This document shows positions 58,324 to 64,000 of a stretch of 64,000 nucleotides of DNA, one piece after another. A program made the translations under genes and the position numbers. A model generated the notes under the pieces. That model searched no databases and was not told where the DNA came from. It worked only from the letters and a program-made list of their open reading frames with translations. The DNA is from Clostridiales bacterium UBA3678 (GTDB taxonomy: Bacteria; Bacillota; Clostridia; TANB77; CAG-508), in contig DFJF01000005.1 of the NCBI GenBank assembly GCA_002372935.1, forward strand, positions 100,754 through 164,753, read 5' to 3'. The stretch's first letter is position 1, and each line of letters begins with the position of its first letter.

Positions 58324-59703
58324 ATGCCAAATATCGAAAGGCTAAAAAAATATAAAAATATACATATGATTGGAATCGGTGGAGTTAGTATGAGCGGTAT
58401 AGCCGAAATACTTGCAAACTGGGGATTTCATGTTCAAGGAAGTAATAATGTTGAAAACGAAAATACAAAAAATCTAGAAAAAGCTGGAATCAAAGTAATA
58501 ATTGGTCACCATGCTGAAAATGTTGTTGGATCTGATGTAGTAGTTTATACAGCAGCAATTAAACAAGACAATATCGAATTAAAAGTTGCAAAAAATCTTG
58601 GTATTCCTACTATAGAAAGATCAACTTTTTTAGGTGAAATAACAAAATGTTTTAAAGATACTTTAACAATTGCAGGTACACATGGTAAAAGTACTACAAC
58701 ATCAATGGTATCACTTTGTTTCATAGAAGCTGGAAAAGACCCTAGTATTCAAGTAGGTGGAGATTTATCTCAGCTTAATGGAAATTACAAAGTTGGAAAT
58801 AGTGAATATTTTATTATCGAATCATGTGAATATGTAGAAAGCTTTTTAAAATTTAGTCCAAAAGCTGAAATAATATTAAATATTGACAATGACCATTTAG
58901 ATTATTTTAAATCATTTGATAACATAAAAAATGCATTTATTAAATATGTTAAATTATTGCCAGATGATGGTTTATTAGTGGTAAATGGTGATGATAAAAA
59001 TTGCTTAGATCTTCCAAAATACACTAATGCAAAAACTTTAACTTATGGTATTACTAATAAAAATGTAGATTTCTTTGCAGTTAATATTGTTTTTGATAAT
59101 GATGGGTTTCCTGAATTCGATGTTTATTCACATGATAAATTTTATGAAAGAATTAAACTTCATGTTCCTGGAATGCATAATGTACTAAATGCTTTAGCCA
59201 CTATTGCATTATGCAACAAATATGGGCTTTCTGCTTCAGATATAAAAAATGCATTATCAAAATTTACAGGTGTTGGTCGTAGATTTGAATTCAAAGGCAA
59301 AGTAAACAATGCTAGTATTTATGATGATTATGGACATCACCCTACAGAAATTGTTGCAACAGCAAAAGCACTAATGAATAAAAAATATAATAAATCTTGG
59401 ATTGTTTTTCAGCCTCATACATATAGTAGAACAAAACTTTTATTAGATGATTTTGCAAAAGCTTTATTAAATTTTGATAACATAATCATATTAGACATAT
59501 ATGCAGCTCGTGAAAACAATACTTACAATGTCTCATCAGAAGATTTAGTTAACAAAATAAAATCTCTTGGAAAAGATGCTAAATATATTAAAGATTTTGA
59601 TGATTGTGTTTCATACCTTAAAGAAAATGTTCAAGAAAACGATATTATTCTTACTCAAGGAGCTGGTACAGTAACACAAATAGGAACTATGTTATTACAA
59701 TAA
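58324..59703 (+). CDS. murC: UDP-N-acetylmuramate--L-alanine ligase
   Basis: HMIGIGGVSMSGIAEIL and GTHGKSTTTSM. The ATG at 58324 follows AGGAGTTGATTAAT. Confidence 0.92.
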   Translation: MPNIERLKKYKNIHMIGIGGVSMSGIAEILANWGFHVQGSNNVENENTKNLEKAGIKVIIGHHAENVVGSDVVVYTAAIKQDNIELKVAKNLGIPTIERSTFLGEITKCFKDTLTIAGTHGKSTTTSMVSLCFIEAGKDPSIQVGGDLSQLNGNYKVGNSEYFIIESCEYVESFLKFSPKAEIILNIDNDHLDYFKSFDNIKNAFIKYVKLLPDDGLLVVNGDDKNCLDLPKYTNAKTLTYGITNKNVDFFAVNIVFDNDGFPEFDVYSHDKFYERIKLHVPGMHNVLNALATIALCNKYGLSASDIKNALSKFTGVGRRFEFKGKVNNASIYDDYGHHPTEIVATAKALMNKKYNKSWIVFQPHTYSRTKLLLDDFAKALLNFDNIIILDIYAARENNTYNVSSEDLVNKIKSLGKDAKYIKDFDDCVSYLKENVQENDIILTQGAGTVTQIGTMLLQ

Positions 59704-59766
59704 TACATTATTCTAAAATTGTTATTAAACTTTTTTATGTTTTAATAATATGGAGGTTATTATAAT

Positions 59767-61644
59767 TTGAAAAAAAATATTAGAAAAGATAAAAATTTAA
59801 ATAAAGACAACTTTAGAAAAAGCTTAGATTTTAAAAATACAATTTCAATCACAAAGCTAAAAATTTTTCTTGCAATAATTATGCTTTTATTCTTTTTACT
59901 TATGTTTAGACTATTTTATTTGCAAATTGTTGATGGAAATTATTTATCTGGACTTGCTACATCTCAACAGACAAAAAGTGAAGTTATTAGTAGTAAACGT
60001 GGAAACATATATGATGCTACAGGTACTCCACTTGCAATTAGTGAAACAGTTGATACTATTTCCATCAACCCCCAAAAAATAACAAAACCAACTGGTAATG
60101 AAGATACAGTAGCTTATAAAGAATTAGTAGCAAAAGGACTTTCAGAAATATTTGGCTTAGATTATAAAGATACATTAAAAAAAGTAAATAGCAAAAATTC
60201 GGTTGAAACAATTGCAAAAAAAGTTGAAGAAAACAAAATTAAAGAACTAAAACAATGGATGAAAAATAATAATATTACTGTTGGAATAAATATTGATGAA
60301 GATTCTAAACGTTACTATCCTAATGATACAATTGCTTCTCAAGTAATTGGAGCTTGTGGTACAGATAACCAAGGTATGGCTGGTATAGAATATTCTTATG
60401 ATTCAATCTTAAAAGGTGTTTCTGGACAAATAGTAACTTCTAGAGATGCTAGCAAGGGTGAAATTCCAAACTCAGTAGAATCCTTTGTCGCTGCAGAAGA
60501 TGGCTATAATTTAAATTTAACTATTGATATACAAATTCAACGTATTGTAGAAAAATATATAAAAAAAGCTGTTGAAGATAATAATTGTGAAAAAGGTGGA
60601 AATTGCATAATTATGAGGCCATCAACTGGTGAAATTTTAGGAATGGCTTCCTATCCAGACTATAATTTAAATGATCCCTATACTCCTACTTCTTATTATG
60701 CAGATAACTGGGACAAACTAAGTAGTGAAGAAAGATGGAAAAGAATTTATAATATGTGGTCTGTCCGTTCCATTTCTGAAATGTATGAACCAGGATCTGT
60801 TTTTAAATTAATAACAGCAGCTACAGCACTTGAAGAAAATATTACTACTACAGATAAAACTGGTGATTTTACATGTAATGGAATTCAAGTAATTAATGGA
60901 AATACTAAAGCACAAGATGTTAAAATAAAATGTTGGCACTACCCCTCTTCACATGGTAAAATTACATTAAGACAAGCATTAATGTATTCTTGCAACCCTG
61001 CTCTTATTCAATTAGGTCAAAGAATTGGAGCTAAAACACTATATAAATATTATAATGCTTTTGGTTTTTTTAATAAAACAAATGTTGGTTTATCTGGAGA
61101 AGCTACTGGTTATTTTCATAATTTAGATGATATTGGACCTGTTGAGCTTGCTACAATGTCTTTTGGTCAACGTTTTACAATTACACCTTTGCAAATGGTT
61201 ACTGCATTAGCCGCAGAAGTAAATGGTGGTTATTTAATGCAACCTACTCTTGTAAAATCTATGACAAATGTTGATACTGGAGAAGTAATTACTACTGAAC
61301 CTAAATCAGTTAGACAAGTTATTTCTTCCCAAACTTCTGATAAAATAAAAGATATGATGCATTCAGTTGTAACTGATGGTACTGGTAAAAACGCAGCTGT
61401 AAAAGGATACACTGTTGGAGGTAAATCTGGTACATCAGAGCCTATTGCAGCAGATAAATCTGCTGGTTATGTTGCTTCATTTGCAGCAATTTCTCCTGTA
61501 GATGACCCTCAAATAGTTATTTTAGTTACTTTATACAAACCAACAAATACTAGCCACTCAGGTGGTACAGTATCTGCCCCTGTTGTTTCAAATATTCTTT
61601 CTGAGGTATTGCCATATCTTGGAATTGAACCTGATAACAAATAA
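59767..61644 (+). CDS. class B penicillin-binding protein (FtsI/PBP2B/SpoVD-type transpeptidase)
   Basis: N-terminal TM segment, dimerisation domain, and transpeptidase motifs SVFK, SCN and KSGTS. TTG start after GGAGGTTATTATAAT. Confidence 0.88.
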   Translation: MKKNIRKDKNLNKDNFRKSLDFKNTISITKLKIFLAIIMLLFFLLMFRLFYLQIVDGNYLSGLATSQQTKSEVISSKRGNIYDATGTPLAISETVDTISINPQKITKPTGNEDTVAYKELVAKGLSEIFGLDYKDTLKKVNSKNSVETIAKKVEENKIKELKQWMKNNNITVGINIDEDSKRYYPNDTIASQVIGACGTDNQGMAGIEYSYDSILKGVSGQIVTSRDASKGEIPNSVESFVAAEDGYNLNLTIDIQIQRIVEKYIKKAVEDNNCEKGGNCIIMRPSTGEILGMASYPDYNLNDPYTPTSYYADNWDKLSSEERWKRIYNMWSVRSISEMYEPGSVFKLITAATALEENITTTDKTGDFTCNGIQVINGNTKAQDVKIKCWHYPSSHGKITLRQALMYSCNPALIQLGQRIGAKTLYKYYNAFGFFNKTNVGLSGEATGYFHNLDDIGPVELATMSFGQRFTITPLQMVTALAAEVNGGYLMQPTLVKSMTNVDTGEVITTEPKSVRQVISSQTSDKIKDMMHSVVTDGTGKNAAVKGYTVGGKSGTSEPIAADKSAGYVASFAAISPVDDPQIVILVTLYKPTNTSHSGGTVSAPVVSNILSEVLPYLGIEPDNK

Positions 61645-61651
61645 CAAGAAT

Positions 61652-61699
61652 AACCTCTCAAAATACAATTTATGTATCTTGAGAGGTTTAATTTTTTTC
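61652..61699 (+). terminator. rho-independent terminator
   Basis: The stem AACCTCTCAA..TTGAGAGGTT is followed by TAATTTTTTT. Confidence 0.7.
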
Positions 61700-61711
61700 T
61701 TATTAAAACCC

Positions 61712-61972
61712 TTAGTTATTTTGATTATTGTTTTTATATTCCTCAAGAGCTATCGCTATTTGATCTGGACATGATGTTTCTTTAGTTCCACATGGTATCC
61801 CTTTAAGCATTTGAATTATTTCATCAACGCTTTTTCCTTGTACTAACTTAGATACTCCTACTGTGTTTCCAGGACATCCTCCAATTATTTCAAGACTTTT
61901 TACAATATTATTTTCAATATCGAAAACCATTTTCATAGAACAAACTCCACTTGGATAAAATTCATATTTCAT
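61712..61972 (-). CDS. TIGR03905-family TSCPD domain protein
   Basis: 86 aa. ..GVCS..I.....IIGGCPGN..G...L..G......I...L.GI.CG.K.TSCPDQ.A.AL. Confidence 0.75.
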   Translation of the reverse strand: MKYEFYPSGVCSMKMVFDIENNIVKSLEIIGGCPGNTVGVSKLVQGKSVDEIIQMLKGIPCGTKETSCPDQIAIALEEYKNNNQNN

Positions 61973-62031
61973 AATATTTCTTCCTTCCTAGTTATATAAT
62001 ATTAATATTATAACTAAAAATTCAAATTATT

Positions 62032-62571
62032 TCAATACATTTTTCTACCAATAAACAAAATATCATCATTTTCAATCTCTAAACCTTTCACCCACCTTTC
62101 ATATTCTTTATTTTTCTTAGCAAATTTATTTAATTCTACTAAATTGATTTCTGCTTGATAATTTAATTTATCATTTAATGTTAAAATTAAATTACTACTA
62201 TTTTCTTCTGAATGAACTTGGGTAATTATAGCTTTTTTTAATTCGCTTTTTTCTGAATCTTTATTTTTTTCTAAATATTCTTCATATAATAATGACCAAA
62301 AGCAAAAGATGCTTTCTTTTATCTTACCTCCTTTAATCATTTTTAAGTAAATTTCTTCTTTTTTTCCATTTTCGTAAAATACATTTGCCAATATAATTGA
62401 AAATTCATATTCATCTATTTTGTTATATTGTTCAGCTTTAATGAATTCAATATTATTTATAGGCATTTTTAATATTTTTTTCAATAAATTAACTACATCA
62501 TTCTTATCATTTTTTAACTTTTGTATTAAATTATTTAATAAACTAGTGTTTTTGTTAAGTTGATTTAACAT
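62032..62571 (-). CDS. hypothetical protein
   Basis: 179 aa ORF with no confident family assignment. Confidence 0.45.
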   Translation of the reverse strand: MLNQLNKNTSLLNNLIQKLKNDKNDVVNLLKKILKMPINNIEFIKAEQYNKIDEYEFSIILANVFYENGKKEEIYLKMIKGGKIKESIFCFWSLLYEEYLEKNKDSEKSELKKAIITQVHSEENSSNLILTLNDKLNYQAEINLVELNKFAKKNKEYERWVKGLEIENDDILFIGRKMY

Positions 62572-62781
62572 AATCTTAAATTAATCATATTAATTAATTC
62601 TGACTCACCCCCTTATTAAATTTACTTGTTTGAATTTTTATAGAATACGTCATAAATTATTATGCAAATAAAAAAACAAGAAATAAGTTTTTTGATAAAA
62701 ACGAGTTATAACTCTAAATGTTATGGCACATCTTGCTATATAAAATTGTCTTGCCATAAATAAATTATATAATTATAAATA

Positions 62782-62810
62782 AAGTATAAGACAATTTCCA
62801 ATTTTTGTCA
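62782..62810 (-). promoter_or_regulatory. sigma-A type promoter, ~210 nt upstream of the 62571 start
   Basis: The minus strand reads TTGACA, a 17-nt spacer, then TATACT. Confidence 0.45.
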
Positions 62811-62937
62811 ATAGTTTTTTGTGATTTTTTTCATTTTTTCATCGCAAAAATCCTAATTTTTCGCCATTTTTTGACATTGTTGAAAAAAAACGAAAAAGTA
62901 AAAGTTCTTACAAAAATAAATTATTAATAATAAAACC

Positions 62938-62977
62938 TAAAAAGACATAATCTTAAAATAAAGATTATGTCTTTTTT
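62938..62977. terminator. bidirectional terminator hairpin (downstream of htrA)
   Basis: AAAAAGACATAATCTT-AAAATAA-AGATTATGTCTTTTTT, with A/T tracts on both sides. Confidence 0.55.
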
Positions 62978-63095
62978 GAAAATAAAAGGGGATGTTTAGT
63001 TAGTAGTTATTTACTAACTTTATACTTATATAATACACCAGAAATTTGTTCAAACTGTGAATAACAAGTGAAACAATGTGAAATTTTATTTTTTA

Positions 63096-64000
63096 TTATT
63101 CTGCATCTGCTTCTGCTAATGTTATTGTAATATCTTGTGTTTTTCCATCTCTATATATAGTAAGTGTCATTTTATCACCTACAGAATGTGAATTTTTAAT
63201 TTTATTTAATTCATCCATTGTTTTAATATCTTGTCCATCTGCTTTTACTATTACATCTCCGACTTTTATTCCGGCTTTTTCTGCTGCTGAATATTGTTCT
63301 ACAGAATATACATAAACACCTGCAACAAGATTATGAGCTTTTGCAGTATTCTCATCTAAATCTCTTCCTGTAATTCCGATATATGGTCTTATAACTTTAT
63401 TATATGTCTCTAATTGTTTAATAACATCTAATGTAGAATTAATTGGAATAGCAAATCCTATACCTTCAACACCTGTACTTGAAACTTTCATAGTATTAAT
63501 TCCAATTACTTGACCTTTACTATTAACTAATGCTCCTCCACTATTTCCAGAATTTATAGCTGCATCTGTTTGAATACATGTATAAGCATTTCCTTCATCA
63601 TCTGATACTTCTCTATTTGTCGCACTAACTACTCCACAAGTAATTGTAGTTCCTAAGTCTAATGGATTTCCAACTGCCATTGCAAATTCTCCAATTTTAA
63701 CATTATCTGAATTCGCGAATTCTGCTGCAGTTAAATCTTTTGCATCGATTTTTAAAACAGCTAAATCTGTTTGTGAATCTTTGCCAATTATTTTTGCATC
63801 ATAAGTTTTTCCATCACTTAAACTTACTTTAACTGATGTAGCCTCAGATAGTTCATAGTAAGTGCTTTCTGAAGAAGAAGCGACAACATGGTTGTTTGTT
63901 ACAATATATCCATCTTCACTAATTATAATTCCAGAACCTGAAGCTGTGGCTGTTGATGATTGTGAGTTATTTCCATATCCAAATATACTAAACATTGAAT
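63096..64000 (-). CDS. htrA: HtrA/DegP-family serine protease (trypsin-like + PDZ), N-terminus beyond window edge
   Basis: ..GSGIIISEDGYIVTNNHV..DLAVLKI..GNSGGALVN.. plus a C-terminal PDZ domain. The frame stays open to position 64000. Confidence 0.88.
   Translation of the reverse strand, partial: SMFSIFGYGNNSQSSTATASGSGIIISEDGYIVTNNHVVASSSESTYYELSEATSVKVSLSDGKTYDAKIIGKDSQTDLAVLKIDAKDLTAAEFANSDNVKIGEFAMAVGNPLDLGTTITCGVVSATNREVSDDEGNAYTCIQTDAAINSGNSGGALVNSKGQVIGINTMKVSSTGVEGIGFAIPINSTLDVIKQLETYNKVIRPYIGITGRDLDENTAKAHNLVAGVYVYSVEQYSAAEKAGIKVGDVIVKADGQDIKTMDELNKIKNSHSVGDKMTLTIYRDGKTQDITITLAEADAE

Overview
Very AT-rich chromosomal segment of an endospore-forming Firmicute (Clostridia-like). sigG, a spoVB-type flippase and a sleB-like cortex hydrolase are present, and almost all genes are on the minus strand. 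From left to right the window holds four blocks. (1) 1-8.5 kb is a cell-surface polysaccharide locus: TupA-like ATP-grasp, GT4, Wzy-like, GT1, GT2, DUF4422, a frameshifted priming sugar transferase and LCP. (2) 8.7-11.7 kb is a small island of uncharacterised genes. (3) 11.8-44 kb is a long housekeeping block: SLT, polA, mscS, mntP, murD, sigG, glmS, murA, TIGR01212 radical SAM, PBP1A, KAP NTPase, comFC, recD2, a RAYT-like gene, the ftsZ-ftsA-sbp-DUF881x2-divIB cluster, mgtE, a gtrA-like gene, apt, rpsU, hup and spoVB. (4) 44-64 kb holds rplM-rpsI, an uncharacterised three-gene REC/GGDEF operon, sleB, holA, ruvC, a glycogen-debranching-like enzyme, yvcK, murB, a pilin-like gene, dprA, murC, a class B PBP, a TSCPD protein and htrA. 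The most striking non-genic structure is a family of GGGGACGGTTC / GAACCGTCCCC repeats arranged in eight intergenic arrays confined to 15.0-33.1 kb. Two arrays are near-perfect 74-76 bp palindromes. Two others sit in opposite orientation, at a strict 21-bp phase, on either side of an IS200-like Y1/HUH (RAYT-type) transposase homolog at 31.9-32.7 kb. I read this as a REP/RAYT-like system with an unusual array architecture. A solitary KAP-family P-loop NTPase is bracketed by two of the arrays. Three genes (priming sugar transferase, polA, yvcK) carry single-base +1 frameshifts in the same local context, and dprA lacks an in-frame start. These lesions may be assembly errors or real. No rRNA, tRNA or CRISPR array was seen.
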